IMG/VR virus record: IMGVR_UViG_3300001847_000530
Coordinates: 1-58,126 of that record
Source: a virus
Taxonomy: Duplodnaviria > Caudoviricetes
Strand: one strand, 5' to 3'
Length of the DNA: 58,126 bases
A program made the translations under genes and the position numbers. The notes beneath the pieces were generated by a model. That model made no database searches. It saw nothing but the letters and a program-made list of their open reading frames with translations, and had not been told where the DNA came from. Positions 19,354 through 29,599 of the stretch are shown here, piece by piece. The stretch's first letter is position 1. Every line of letters begins with the position of its first letter.

Positions 19354-19650
19354 ATGGCTACCACAAAAGCACAAGTTGACGGTCGCCTAGACCGCATCGA
19401 ACAGAAGATCGACAAGCTCTCAGAAGCTATCATTTCTATCGCACGCGCAGAAGAAAAGCTCGTGGCGCTTGAAAACGACAAGAAGTTTCTGATGAAGCGT
19501 CTTGTTGAGATCGATCAGCGCGTAGTCAATGTCGAGAAGAAAACAGACGACAATACCTCAGCAATTTCTATCATTCAGAAAATCACATGGATTGCAGTAT
19601 CCACTGCAGTCGCGTCAGCAGTCGGAGCAATCCTTCACTTCACCAAATAA
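19354..19650 (+). CDS. Coiled-coil protein with C-terminal TM helix
   Basis: RLDRIEQKIDKL heptads and hydrophobic tail. Confidence 0.65.
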   Translation: MATTKAQVDGRLDRIEQKIDKLSEAIISIARAEEKLVALENDKKFLMKRLVEIDQRVVNVEKKTDDNTSAISIIQKITWIAVSTAVASAVGAILHFTK

Positions 19651-19672
19651 CAACCAGTAACTTATAGCTATT

Positions 19673-21106
19673 ATGTCGAACATCAAGTCAATCCTTTCAG
19701 TTGCCGAGGCCTACTTCAAGATGGTCACCGAGGCAAATCACAGCGCTGATGCTGAAGCTGCTTCCGAGCACGCAAAGAACAGCCCATCAGTGGCCACACA
19801 CCATGCTGCATCAACTGCGCACGAAAAGGCAGCTGAGCACCTGCATTCCAAGATCGACAAGATCAAGAAGACCGATCATGCGGGCAAAGAAGATGGCGCA
19901 GTCATGAGCATGGAGCGCCAGGCTAAGTCGCACCAGCAGCAGGCGCAGCGCCACCGCTTTCATGCTCATCGCATCGCAAGCACACAGAAGGAATCATTCG
20001 AGCTGACAGAGAAGCTTGATCCAAAGGCAGATGCTGGAACATGGATTCATGACTTCGTGCATTCCGATGATCCTAAGTTCGCAGGCAAGTCAGCAGAGGA
20101 ACGCAAGAATCAAGCACTCGCTGCATACTACTCTGCACGCCGCGATGCAGGTCTGAAGAACGAAGATACCGGTGAGGAAGGCGATCAAAGCAACAAGCGC
20201 CCAGAAGTTGATCTGAAGCCTGACACCGACAATCTAGCTGCTACAGATGCCGCTGATGCTCAGAAGAAGCAAGATCCACAGGACGAGATTCCAGCATGGG
20301 TCCCGGGCAACATCGAGGACAAGAAAGGATTTGCTGAAGCTGCTAAGAAGGCATGGGAGTCCGACAACAACACGTTTGACTTCAAGGGACGTACCTACAA
20401 GATCACCGAGAATGTAAAGAATGAAGAACTCGTAGGCAATCAGAAGAAGCTTGATGTGAACGGCAATGGCAAGATCGATGGCGATGACCTTGCTGCTCTG
20501 CGTGCTGGTAAGCCTGCCAACGAAGACCTCGAGAAGGAAACCGAGACGCCTGGTCAATCCGCTGAAATGCCAGAAGGTGAACCACGTGGCGATGGCGACA
20601 ACGACGAGGACGACAAGACAGATATGGGCGATGATGACAATGACGCAAAGAAAGCAGTCAAAGAATCTGCCGACAATCCTACTGACAAGCTCACACTCGA
20701 TGTTCCTGCTATGATTCGTGCTCTCGAAAAGGCACGTGAGGACTTCAAGTCAGATGCCGATGTTCATAACTTTGTGCAGAATATGCTGCATCAAAAGGAC
20801 ACCACAATCAATACAAACAAGATTGAAACTGATGCTCCTACAAAGGTGAATGAAGGTGGCCCTGGTGAAGCAGAAGCTGGTCCTGAAGTAATGGATTCAC
20901 TCACGCAGGACACCAAGGACGACCACGATGACGAGACAAAGGTCGAGGATGCTCCTTACACCAACAAGGCAGATGGATCAGAAAACGTTGTTCCTGCTGA
21001 CAAGCCTGCTGCAAAGCCATCACCGATGCCAAAGCTTGCTGCTGAGCAGACGATCCGCTCAGTTGCTGATGCGTATGCCAAAATGGTTGCAGCAGAACAA
21101 AAATAA
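19673..21106 (+). CDS. Acidic modular protein with EF-hand-like loop
   Basis: DVNGNGKIDGDD; N- and C-terminal SVA.AY.KMV repeats. Confidence 0.6.
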   Translation: MSNIKSILSVAEAYFKMVTEANHSADAEAASEHAKNSPSVATHHAASTAHEKAAEHLHSKIDKIKKTDHAGKEDGAVMSMERQAKSHQQQAQRHRFHAHRIASTQKESFELTEKLDPKADAGTWIHDFVHSDDPKFAGKSAEERKNQALAAYYSARRDAGLKNEDTGEEGDQSNKRPEVDLKPDTDNLAATDAADAQKKQDPQDEIPAWVPGNIEDKKGFAEAAKKAWESDNNTFDFKGRTYKITENVKNEELVGNQKKLDVNGNGKIDGDDLAALRAGKPANEDLEKETETPGQSAEMPEGEPRGDGDNDEDDKTDMGDDDNDAKKAVKESADNPTDKLTLDVPAMIRALEKAREDFKSDADVHNFVQNMLHQKDTTINTNKIETDAPTKVNEGGPGEAEAGPEVMDSLTQDTKDDHDDETKVEDAPYTNKADGSENVVPADKPAAKPSPMPKLAAEQTIRSVADAYAKMVAAEQK

Positions 21107-21127
21107 TTCATAATCTAAATCATCGTC

Positions 21128-21430
21128 ATGGCTATATTATTCGACAAGATCAAGCGCGCCTTGGGTTTCTATCCCAAGGCCACATACTACAAGGTTGATC
21201 AGATCACAGGCGAGCCGATCAAAGTCGAGTACTCGCCTGTTCCTACTCCTCCGCAGGATTCTGCTCCAGCAGAAGTAGAAGAGCCTGCAGTGGATAATAA
21301 GTATGATGGCATTGATCTTGCAGCTATGACGAAAGCACAACTGCGCCAATTTGCTGGTGAACGTGCTATTCCAGTAAACAACAGGATGACGAAGCAAGAG
21401 CTCATCGACACAATCAACGCAGCAATCTAA
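21128..21430 (+). CDS. Protein with C-terminal HeH/Rho-N-like domain
   Basis: LAAMTKAQLRQFA...MTKQELID. Confidence 0.6.
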   Translation: MAILFDKIKRALGFYPKATYYKVDQITGEPIKVEYSPVPTPPQDSAPAEVEEPAVDNKYDGIDLAAMTKAQLRQFAGERAIPVNNRMTKQELIDTINAAI

Positions 21431-21519
21431 TGGCTAAGAAAAACAGCGCTAAGAAATGGGTGGCGTATAAGCGCCGCCCATCAGGTAAGAACAAACATAA
21501 GGCCGGTCGGTTTATTTGA
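21430..21519 (+). CDS. 29-aa basic peptide (not in ORF track)
   Basis: TAATG coupling; MAKKNSAKKWVAYKRRPSGKNKHKAGRFI. Confidence 0.4.
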   Translation: MAKKNSAKKWVAYKRRPSGKNKHKAGRFI

Positions 21520-21552
21520 TTTGCCATACGCGGTAGCATAAATACCGGGTAT

Positions 21553-21921
21553 ATGAAGCTATTTGATGAATTGACTGAAGACAACTTTACGCTCTTTGCA
21601 GCAAAGCATTACAACAATCCGCAGTGTCTGGATGTAGCTGAGTTTGAGGATGATCTGGCACGTTTCAAATACATCAAGCGTCTGCTGCGAAAATACATTC
21701 ACACTGGCGAGATTCAGGAACGACTAGTGCTAAACCACCTGATCGTGATCTACAATGTCTTTGGAATCGCTGCTGCTAATCGTATGTCGTTCTTTCGCCT
21801 TGAAGCAGAACTCTGGCCAGCACTCAAGACATTTTTAGTTTATCTGAATTACCTCCCTGAAAGCGAAAAGGTCGAGGTACCACTAGATGATAAGATAGTC
21901 AAAGTACTCAGAAGCATTTAA
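21553..21921 (+). CDS. Conserved T4-like hypothetical protein
   Basis: Y.NP.C....EF..DL.RFKYIKRL and RL.LNH motifs. Confidence 0.7.
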   Translation: MKLFDELTEDNFTLFAAKHYNNPQCLDVAEFEDDLARFKYIKRLLRKYIHTGEIQERLVLNHLIVIYNVFGIAAANRMSFFRLEAELWPALKTFLVYLNYLPESEKVEVPLDDKIVKVLRSI

Positions 21922-21928
21922 TCTCTCA

Positions 21929-22297
21929 ATGAAAAATTTCAAGAAACTACGCGAGGACGGCAGCCCTGCTGGAGGAGCACCTGGTATGAGCACTCCCAAC
22001 GCAGACATTCCCAACACGACTGGCGACACGCCCACGATGGCTATGCCGCCTGCTGTTCCCGGAAAAGTGCAGCGCCGCTACAAGCAATTCGATGTCGACT
22101 CCGATACCTTTCGTAAGTTTCAGACAGGCCGAATGAAGTTCGAGCACTGGTCTAAGTTTCTGAATCTGCAGAACGAAAGCCACAAGGCAATCTACGACTA
22201 CGCCTACGAGAATCGCAAGCACGATCATCTCATTGTGCTGAAGAATTCTGACACTGGAGCGCTGCGAGCTATTCGCCGTCCAGCATCTACCGAATAA
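21929..22297 (+). CDS. Hypothetical protein
   Basis: ORF with phage codon usage. Confidence 0.6.
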   Translation: MKNFKKLREDGSPAGGAPGMSTPNADIPNTTGDTPTMAMPPAVPGKVQRRYKQFDVDSDTFRKFQTGRMKFEHWSKFLNLQNESHKAIYDYAYENRKHDHLIVLKNSDTGALRAIRRPASTE

Positions 22298-22406
22298 AGT
22301 CCAGTCACGCTGGAGTATAGATAGTTTGCCTCGGAAAAAAGAGGCCGGCAGGTTTTCCGGTTTACTTTTTTTCACCAATGGGTTACAGTAGTATTTCACT
22401 CTAACT

Positions 22407-23378
22407 ATGATTTTCGAAGAACAGATCTCGCGCAAGCCAGATCATTATCCCTGGACTGAAGAGTTTATCACCGCCATGCATAATGGCTTCTGGACTGACA
22501 AAGAGTTCAATTTCCAGAGTGACATTCAGGACTTCAAAACCGAACTGACTGATCAGGAACGCGAGATCATCACGCGCTGCTTGTCCGCTATCGGCCAGAT
22601 CGAGGTAGCAGTCAAGACATTCTGGGCCAAGCTGGGCGAAAACCTGCCACACCCGTCGCTCACCGATCTGGGCTATGTGATGGCTAATGTGGAGGTCATT
22701 CACAACAATGCATACGAGCGTCTGCTGCGTGTGCTTGAGATGGAGCACCTGTTCGAGGAAAACTTGAAGCTGGACATCATTCAGGGTCGCGTCGGATACC
22801 TCAGAAAGTATCTCAAGAAGCATTACAAGGATGCGCGTAAGCAGTACGTCTATAGTCTGATTCTGTTCACTCTATACGTCGAGAATGTCTCGCTGTTCAG
22901 TCAGTTCTATGTCATCAACTGGTTCAATCGCCACCGCAATGTTCTGAAAGATACAGCTCAGCAGGTCGCATACACCTCCAAGGAAGAACTGATTCACGCG
23001 CTAGTGGGTATCAAGCTCGTCAACGTGATCCGCGAGGAACATCCTGAGCTGTTCGATGAAGAACTCGTTGAGCGCATTCGCCACGAGTGCGAGGAAGCTT
23101 ACAAGGCAGAAGCTAAGATCATCGACTGGGCAGTGAATGGCTACAAGCAGGATGGCCTGAATGCTGAGTTGCTCAAGGAGTTCATCAAGAATCGACTGAA
23201 CGACTCACTGATTCAGATCGGTATCAAGCCGGTATTCGAGGTTGATCAGAAACTCCTTGAAAAGACTACCTGGTTCGATGAAGATGTGCTGGGCAATAAT
23301 GCTACCGATTTCTTCTATCGTAGGCCGGTGGAATACTCAAAGAAGGCACAATGCTTCGATTCCTCCACATTGTTTTGA
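22407..23378 (+). CDS. nrdB: Class I ribonucleotide reductase beta subunit
   Basis: FW...E, E.IH..AY, E..LFSQF, EELIH di-metal motifs. Confidence 0.95.
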   Translation: MIFEEQISRKPDHYPWTEEFITAMHNGFWTDKEFNFQSDIQDFKTELTDQEREIITRCLSAIGQIEVAVKTFWAKLGENLPHPSLTDLGYVMANVEVIHNNAYERLLRVLEMEHLFEENLKLDIIQGRVGYLRKYLKKHYKDARKQYVYSLILFTLYVENVSLFSQFYVINWFNRHRNVLKDTAQQVAYTSKEELIHALVGIKLVNVIREEHPELFDEELVERIRHECEEAYKAEAKIIDWAVNGYKQDGLNAELLKEFIKNRLNDSLIQIGIKPVFEVDQKLLEKTTWFDEDVLGNNATDFFYRRPVEYSKKAQCFDSSTLF

Positions 23379-23381
23379 TCT

Positions 23382-24104
23382 ATGCCGAACTACTTACTTA
23401 AACTAATTGGATATAAGCACAACTATGGCGGCAGAGACCGCTCATATAGATTTTCTTGGGGCGAGATTGCTTTGTGGACAAAAGACATTTCATTTAGATG
23501 GAATGGTCCGCATTATTGTTATGAATCTAAACTGATTGTCGATTTATATTTCATTGCTTTCTATATTCGCACTCCGTCATTTGGAGTAGAAGCCGCACAA
23601 AGTTCAAGAGAAGAACGCAACTATGGCTTTTATCTTTATCCCAACCTCAACAAGTTGGAATCAGTGGTGCTTCAATTCTACAACAAATCGCGGCATATTG
23701 AAATGCCTTGGACATACAAGTGGAAACGCACTGAACTACTTGATTGGGATATGAACACTGTTTGTAAAGAAGAAGCAGGAAAGCGAGATTGGGATAAATG
23801 GTGTAGTGAAAGTCGAGCTTGGGTAGCAATCAATGCCAAGACATACGACTATACATATATTCTAAAGAATGGCACTGTGCAAAATCGCAAGGCTACTTGT
23901 CATATTGAACGTAGAACTTGGAGTGTAAGATGGGCTCCTTGGCTGAAGAAAGTTAGCACTACATTGGATGTAAATTTTAACGATGAAGTAGGTGAAAGAA
24001 GTGGAACTTGGAAAGGTGGAACGATTGGCTGCTCTTATGAAATGCTGCCAAATGAAACACCTGAGCAAACACTTCGCAGAATGGAAAAAGAAAGAAAGTT
24101 TTAA
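23382..24104 (+). CDS. AT-rich hypothetical protein between nrdB and nrdA
   Basis: A/T-ending codon usage unlike flanks; Trp-rich. Confidence 0.6.
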   Translation: MPNYLLKLIGYKHNYGGRDRSYRFSWGEIALWTKDISFRWNGPHYCYESKLIVDLYFIAFYIRTPSFGVEAAQSSREERNYGFYLYPNLNKLESVVLQFYNKSRHIEMPWTYKWKRTELLDWDMNTVCKEEAGKRDWDKWCSESRAWVAINAKTYDYTYILKNGTVQNRKATCHIERRTWSVRWAPWLKKVSTTLDVNFNDEVGERSGTWKGGTIGCSYEMLPNETPEQTLRRMEKERKF

Positions 24105-24118
24105 TCTTGGATTCAAAT

Positions 24119-25768
24119 ATGAACGACCGTTACTATTGGCTAAACGAGGATTCTCGTCTCTTCTTGGAGCGCGGATACCTTCAACCTAATCAGACACCAG
24201 AGCAACGTGTCCGCCAGATCGCAGATGCAGCAGAAGCTATTCTGCGCATCGATGGCTTTGCAAACAAGTTTGAGGATTACATGGCCAAAGGCTGGTACTC
24301 GCTGTCCAGCCCGATCTGGGCCAACTTTGGCATTCAGCGTGGCCTGCCGATCTCGTGCTTTGGCTCATATGTCTGTGACAAGCTTGAGTGCATTCTTGAG
24401 AAGACAGCAGAGGCTGGAATGATGACGAAGATGGGCGGCGGAACATCTGCGTATTTCGGTGCTCTGCGTGCTCGCGGATCGGAAATATCCACTGGCGGCA
24501 AATCATCTGGTCCGGTACACTTCATGGAAATGTATGAGACTGTGACGAATGTGGTCTCGCAGTCCAATGTCCGCCGTGGTTCTTTTGCGGCATATCTGCC
24601 AATCGAGCATCCTGACATTCTCGAATTCCTGCAGATTCGCAGTGAGGGGCATCCGATTCAGAACCTTTCTATTGGTGTGACTGTTACTGACGAATGGATG
24701 AAGTCGATGATCGGTGGAGATGAGAACAAGCGCAAGATCTGGGGCAAGGTCATTCAGAAGCGCTTTGAGTCTGGCTATCCGTATGTCGTGTTCAGCGATA
24801 ACGTGAACAACAATGCTCCGCAGGTTTACAAAGACAAGAACAAGAAGATCTACGCATCGAATCTGTGCTCTGAGATCGCTCTGTCTGCCAACGAGGATGA
24901 GTCATTCGTCTGCAATCTGAGCTCGATGAATCTGCTGCATTATGAGCAATGGAAGGATACCGATGCTCCAGAGGTGCTGACATACTTCCTAGATGCAGTG
25001 ATGACAGAGTTCATTCGCAAAGTAGCAGACCTGCCGTTTATGCAGGCGCCATACAAGTTCGCAGTACAGCAGCGTGCTCTCGGAATTGGTGTGCTGGGAT
25101 GGCATTCGTTCCTGCAGTCCAAGATGATTCCATTCGAGTCATTTGAGGCAAAGATGCTGAACGTGCAAATTCACAAGTTATTGCGCGATAAGACTCAGGC
25201 TGCATCACGCAAGATGGCAATTGAGTATGGCGAGCCTGAGTTGCTTAGAGGCTACGGTCTGCGCAACGTGACCACACTTGCTATTGCTCCGACAACATCC
25301 TCAAGCTTCATTCTAGGACAGGTATCACCGAGCATCGAGCCTCTCAACAGCAATTACTTCGTGAAGGACCTTTCGAAGGGCAAGTTTACCTACAAGAATC
25401 CTTACCTCGAGGCAGTACTTGAAACACACGGCAAGAACGACAAGGCGACATGGCAGACAATCCTGCTGAAGGGTGGATCTGTGCAGCATCTGGAATTTCT
25501 GTCTGCTAACGAGAAGGAGGTATTTAAGACATTCGGTGAGATCAGCCAGAAGGAAATCGTCATTCAGGCATCTGCTCGTCAGAAGTTCATCGATCAGTCT
25601 CAGTCAATCAATCTGATGGTACATCCCAAGACATCGCCAAAGGATGTCAATCAGCTGCTGATCTTCGCCTGGGAACAAGGCGTGAAGAGTCTTTACTACC
25701 AACGTGGCACTAACCCAGCACAAGAGCTAGGACGTAACCTGCTTCAGTGCGTATCCTGCGAGGCCTAA
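24119..25768 (+). CDS. nrdA: Class I ribonucleotide reductase alpha subunit (no ATP cone)
   Basis: SCF, SNLCSEI, APTTSSS, KSLYY, C-terminal CxxC. Confidence 0.95.
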   Translation: MNDRYYWLNEDSRLFLERGYLQPNQTPEQRVRQIADAAEAILRIDGFANKFEDYMAKGWYSLSSPIWANFGIQRGLPISCFGSYVCDKLECILEKTAEAGMMTKMGGGTSAYFGALRARGSEISTGGKSSGPVHFMEMYETVTNVVSQSNVRRGSFAAYLPIEHPDILEFLQIRSEGHPIQNLSIGVTVTDEWMKSMIGGDENKRKIWGKVIQKRFESGYPYVVFSDNVNNNAPQVYKDKNKKIYASNLCSEIALSANEDESFVCNLSSMNLLHYEQWKDTDAPEVLTYFLDAVMTEFIRKVADLPFMQAPYKFAVQQRALGIGVLGWHSFLQSKMIPFESFEAKMLNVQIHKLLRDKTQAASRKMAIEYGEPELLRGYGLRNVTTLAIAPTTSSSFILGQVSPSIEPLNSNYFVKDLSKGKFTYKNPYLEAVLETHGKNDKATWQTILLKGGSVQHLEFLSANEKEVFKTFGEISQKEIVIQASARQKFIDQSQSINLMVHPKTSPKDVNQLLIFAWEQGVKSLYYQRGTNPAQELGRNLLQCVSCEA

Positions 25769-25770
25769 CA

Positions 25771-25965
25771 ATGAAGGTTGACAAAGAATGCCCATGCTGC
25801 GGCGCTCAATACTCGATTCGCTTCGAGCAGATCATCGCTGATCTGGATCCTGAGATCGACAACGAGACAATTTACGATGACGATAGCGAGCAAGAAATGT
25901 ATCCAGAGTTCTGCCCGTTCTGCGGATCACACGAGTCGGACGACGGAGAGATAGACGAAGACTAA
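25771..25965 (+). CDS. Small acidic zinc-ribbon protein
   Basis: CPCC...CPFCG. Confidence 0.65.
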   Translation: MKVDKECPCCGAQYSIRFEQIIADLDPEIDNETIYDDDSEQEMYPEFCPFCGSHESDDGEIDED

Positions 25966-25993
25966 CTGTTACGTATAGATACCACATATCCAT

Positions 25994-26410
25994 ATGTGGT
26001 ATTTTGAGAACGAAGTCTTTGATCCCAAACCAGAAGAACTGGACCCGAAGGTAAACATCGGGTTCGTGTATCTGATCACTAACCTAGTCAATGGAAAGAA
26101 GTACATTGGCAAGAAGCTGTTCTTCTCATCTAAGAGCAAGCAAGTAAACGGCAAGAAGAAAAAGACTAAGGTTGAGTCTGACTGGCGCAAGTACTACGGA
26201 TCGAACGCTGCTATTCAGCAGGATGTCAAGGATCTGGGAACAGCTAACTTTCGCCGTGAGATACTGTATATGTGCAAGTCTAAGTCAGAATGCAATTATC
26301 TAGAGGCATATGAGCAGTTCACGCGCCAGGCTATTCTGGACAAGACTTACTACAACGATTGGCTGACTGTCAAGGTAACTAGAAAACATCTGGGCGCACT
26401 CCAATTTTGA
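25994..26410 (+). CDS. GIY-YIG endonuclease
   Basis: GFVYLITNLVNGKKYIGKK, YYGS. Confidence 0.85.
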   Translation: MWYFENEVFDPKPEELDPKVNIGFVYLITNLVNGKKYIGKKLFFSSKSKQVNGKKKKTKVESDWRKYYGSNAAIQQDVKDLGTANFRREILYMCKSKSECNYLEAYEQFTRQAILDKTYYNDWLTVKVTRKHLGALQF

Positions 26411-26469
26411 TGTTTACTTTGAGCTCGGTATGGCATAGGATGTATGCCATAAATCGACATTCTTAAACT

Positions 26470-27333
26470 ATGGCTATTATCGTAGACTACTCCGGCGTTG
26501 CTATCGCTAACCTTTTTGCAATGAAGATGAACAAGATCGATGAGAATCTAGTTCGTCATATGATTCTAAACTCTCTGCGGATGTATAACGTCAAGTACCG
26601 CAAGGAGTATGGCCAGATGATTTTAGCTTGCGATGGCGGCAATACGTGGCGCAAGGAAATCTATCCGCAGTACAAAGCGCAGCGCAAGAAAAACCGTGAG
26701 GAATCATCGATTGACTGGAAAGAATTCTTCCGAGTGCTCGGTATGGTCCGCGATGAGATCCGCGAGTATGTTCCGTTCAAGGTCGTGCATCTACAGGGTG
26801 TGGAGGCTGATGATGTGATTGCCACGCTAGTTGAACAGACTCAAGGTTTCGGCAAGCACGAACCGGTGATGATCGTTTCTGCTGACAAGGACTTCATTCA
26901 GCTGCAGCGTTACAGCAATGTCAAGCAGTTCAGCCCGATGACGAAAGCGCTTGTCAAAGATCCGAATCCGATGCGCTATTTGCAGGAGCACGTGCTGCGC
27001 GGTGATTCAGGCGATGGCGTTCCTAACGTTCTGTCGGGCGATGATGTCTTTGTTTCTGGCGGCCGCCAGACTCCGCTGCGTGCTAAGCTGATCGACGAGT
27101 GGGTTACGAACTGGAATCAGCTCGATAAAGTGATGACTGGCGAGCAATACCGCAATTTTCAGCGCAATCAACATTTGATCGATCTTTCTGCAATTCCAGC
27201 ATCCAAGAAAGCTGAGATCATAAATACCTACGCCAACGTGAAGACAGGCAACAACACTCTGAACTATCTTATATCCAGGCGGTGCACTCAGCTTATTGAA
27301 TGTGCCTCCGAATTCAATTCCTCTACACTATGA
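26470..27333 (+). CDS. rnh: T4 RNase H-like 5'-3' exonuclease
   Basis: YK.QR, EADD, SADKDF.QL, GDSGDGVPN. Confidence 0.92.
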   Translation: MAIIVDYSGVAIANLFAMKMNKIDENLVRHMILNSLRMYNVKYRKEYGQMILACDGGNTWRKEIYPQYKAQRKKNREESSIDWKEFFRVLGMVRDEIREYVPFKVVHLQGVEADDVIATLVEQTQGFGKHEPVMIVSADKDFIQLQRYSNVKQFSPMTKALVKDPNPMRYLQEHVLRGDSGDGVPNVLSGDDVFVSGGRQTPLRAKLIDEWVTNWNQLDKVMTGEQYRNFQRNQHLIDLSAIPASKKAEIINTYANVKTGNNTLNYLISRRCTQLIECASEFNSSTL

Positions 27334-27764
27334 GATTCACTAAAATCCACGAGATTCTAGAAAAAGCGCAACAGGCACCCGATGACAAAGAACGTGCTAA
27401 GATTTTGGCGGCAAATAACTGTCTGGGTCTACGCGACGTTCTTCGTGCGGCATATGACGACACCATCGTCTTTACTTTGCCTGAAGGAATTCCTCCGTAT
27501 ACTTCCAACGTTTCACAGGAAGGTATCTCGCCCACAAATCTGATTCGCAATACCACGCAGTTCACATACTTCGTGAAGCGCGGTGAAGGCGACAAGATTC
27601 CGCAGTTCAAGCGCGAGTCGGTATTTGTGCGCCTGCTGGAAGGAATCGATCCAAAGGATGCAGAGGTCTTGTGCGCAGTAAAAGAAAAGCGCCTACAGGC
27701 ACAGTACTCAAAGGTCACGAAAGAACTTGTGCAGAAGATCTGGCCGAAGCTCATTCTCAAATGA
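27330..27764 (+). CDS. Conserved T4-like hypothetical protein
   Basis: LPEG.PPY and KRE..F..LLEG motifs; usual position after rnh. Confidence 0.65.
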   Translation: MRFTKIHEILEKAQQAPDDKERAKILAANNCLGLRDVLRAAYDDTIVFTLPEGIPPYTSNVSQEGISPTNLIRNTTQFTYFVKRGEGDKIPQFKRESVFVRLLEGIDPKDAEVLCAVKEKRLQAQYSKVTKELVQKIWPKLILK

Positions 27765-27816
27765 TGGCACGATAACGTGCTCGTTACATCATGGCATTAG
27801 CAATAAACCCAACGCT

Positions 27817-28002
27817 ATGATTACAAACCAACTGGAAAGACTCAAGCAAGACTGCATCGAACTAGATTATTTCATTCAGCGACTCCAGAAAGAAGGAAGC
27901 GACAAAAGAGTAAAAGCAATCCGACGCAAGCAAGAATATCTGCAAGAGTATATCCAGCAAATGACAATGACAGCGCAGCATCCACAGGCATTAGAAATCT
28001 AA
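27817..28002 (+). CDS. Small coiled-coil protein
   Basis: ORF. Confidence 0.5.
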   Translation: MITNQLERLKQDCIELDYFIQRLQKEGSDKRVKAIRRKQEYLQEYIQQMTMTAQHPQALEI

Positions 28003-28042
28003 CCTGTACTTAAGTCTGCTTCTTGATTGAATAGTTTTTGCA

Positions 28043-28606
28043 ATGAATATCTTTATACTTGACGAGTCTCCCGTGCTTGCCGCGCAGTATCAGTGCGACA
28101 AGCACGTTGTCAAGATGATCGTCGAATCAGCTCAAATGCTTTCCACTGCTCATCGTATTCTTGATGGCAAGATGAAAGTCATCGAGCGCATCAGCCCGCG
28201 TTCCGGCAAGCCACGCAAGCTCAAAGTGTATCAGCTTGACCAGCACGATACCGATCTGTACGGCGTGACTCATCCTGGGCATCCATCGACTATCTGGACG
28301 ATGGCGACTAATTCTAATTACCTCTGGCATTACCACCACTTCATCGCGCTGTGCGACGAGTACACTCATCGCTACGGCAAGAAGCACAAGACCGATACTA
28401 AGCTTCGCGGCATTCTTTACAACTGCCCGCGGAACATTCCGTCCGGTCCGCTGACTAAGTTCGCGCTTGCTATGCAGTCGCAGCCGCAGTGTATAAATCA
28501 CGATGATCCGATTGGATCATACCGTGCATTCTATCAGACTAAACAAGGCCGCTTCAAGATGAAGTGGACGAACCGCGAGAAGCCCGCATGGTTTGTCTGT
28601 TCATAA
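28043..28606 (+). CDS. Pyrimidine-dimer glycosylase/DenV-like family protein
   Basis: MNIF.LD..P..AA....DKHVVKMI.ESAQMLSTAH, HP...W. Confidence 0.75.
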   Translation: MNIFILDESPVLAAQYQCDKHVVKMIVESAQMLSTAHRILDGKMKVIERISPRSGKPRKLKVYQLDQHDTDLYGVTHPGHPSTIWTMATNSNYLWHYHHFIALCDEYTHRYGKKHKTDTKLRGILYNCPRNIPSGPLTKFALAMQSQPQCINHDDPIGSYRAFYQTKQGRFKMKWTNREKPAWFVCS

Positions 28607-28610
28607 TTCT

Positions 28611-28862
28611 ATGCCTAATTACGATTTTAACTGCGATTCCTGTGGGCATGAGTTCACAGAGAACGTGCCAATTGACAAGCGCGACGATCCTCGCCCGTGC
28701 CCGCAGTGTGGAAAGAACAAGACTAAACGAGCAGTATCGGCTGTAAAGGTCTCGTACTCTGGATTCATTGATCCGCTCAAGAGAGCAGGCAGTGGATGGA
28801 ATGACGTTCTGAAGAAAGTCAAGCGTGGTTCTGGGCGCACTAATACTATTCGTACTCGCTAA
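28611..28862 (+). CDS. FmdB-type zinc-ribbon protein
   Basis: MP.YDF.C..CGH.F...CP.CG. Confidence 0.8.
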   Translation: MPNYDFNCDSCGHEFTENVPIDKRDDPRPCPQCGKNKTKRAVSAVKVSYSGFIDPLKRAGSGWNDVLKKVKRGSGRTNTIRTR

Positions 28863-28864
28863 TA

Positions 28865-29599
28865 ATGGCTAAATCTAAAAAGCAAAAAGCTAAGCAACCA
28901 CAGGCGCCTCAGTCGATTGTACCCAAGTACGACACGTTGAAGGTGATTGAGCCGCTGACTGCATCACAGAAGAAAGTCTTTGCTGCATTCAAGAAGAACA
29001 ATCACCTGTGCCTTTCTGGATGTGCTGGTACCGGCAAGACGTTCTTGGCGATGTACCTTGCTCTAGAGGAAATTTTGAAGGGCGAATCGAAGACTGAGAA
29101 GATCATCATTGTTCGCTCGATTGTTCCCACACGCGACATTGGATTTCTTCCGGGCGACAGAGCAGAAAAGGAATCGACCTATCTGTATCCGTACATTGCA
29201 ATCTGCGCAGAGCTGTTTGGCGATTCTCAGGCATGGAACAAGCTTGTAGCTTCTAAGAAGATCGAGTTTCTGACCACATCGTTCGTCCGCGGCATCACGC
29301 TGCACGATGCAGTGGTCATTATCGATGAGATGCAGAATCTGACATTCCATGAGCTTGATTCGATCATCACTCGTCTGGGTGAGAACTGCCGACTGGTGAT
29401 GTGTGGCGACTACTATCAGACTGACTTTGAGAAATCAAAAGACAAAAGCGGGATTCTAGAATTTATGGAGATCATCGACCAGATGAAGTACTTCTATTCG
29501 ATTGAGTTCGGATGGCAAGACATCGTTCGTTCTGGTTTGGTGCGCGACTACATAATGACAAAGGAAATCGTTCAGAAGGAAAAGACTAAGAAGCAATGA
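28865..29599 (+). CDS. phoH: PhoH-family ATPase
   Basis: GCAGTGKT, GFLPG, RGIT, DEMQN, TRLG, GD..Q.D. Confidence 0.92.
   Translation: MAKSKKQKAKQPQAPQSIVPKYDTLKVIEPLTASQKKVFAAFKKNNHLCLSGCAGTGKTFLAMYLALEEILKGESKTEKIIIVRSIVPTRDIGFLPGDRAEKESTYLYPYIAICAELFGDSQAWNKLVASKKIEFLTTSFVRGITLHDAVVIIDEMQNLTFHELDSIITRLGENCRLVMCGDYYQTDFEKSKDKSGILEFMEIIDQMKYFYSIEFGWQDIVRSGLVRDYIMTKEIVQKEKTKKQ

Noticed and set aside
22407-25768. Introns or inteins in nrdA/nrdB (also gp41, uvsX, thyX)
   Set aside because: All ORFs are continuous and of compact length with no splice motifs
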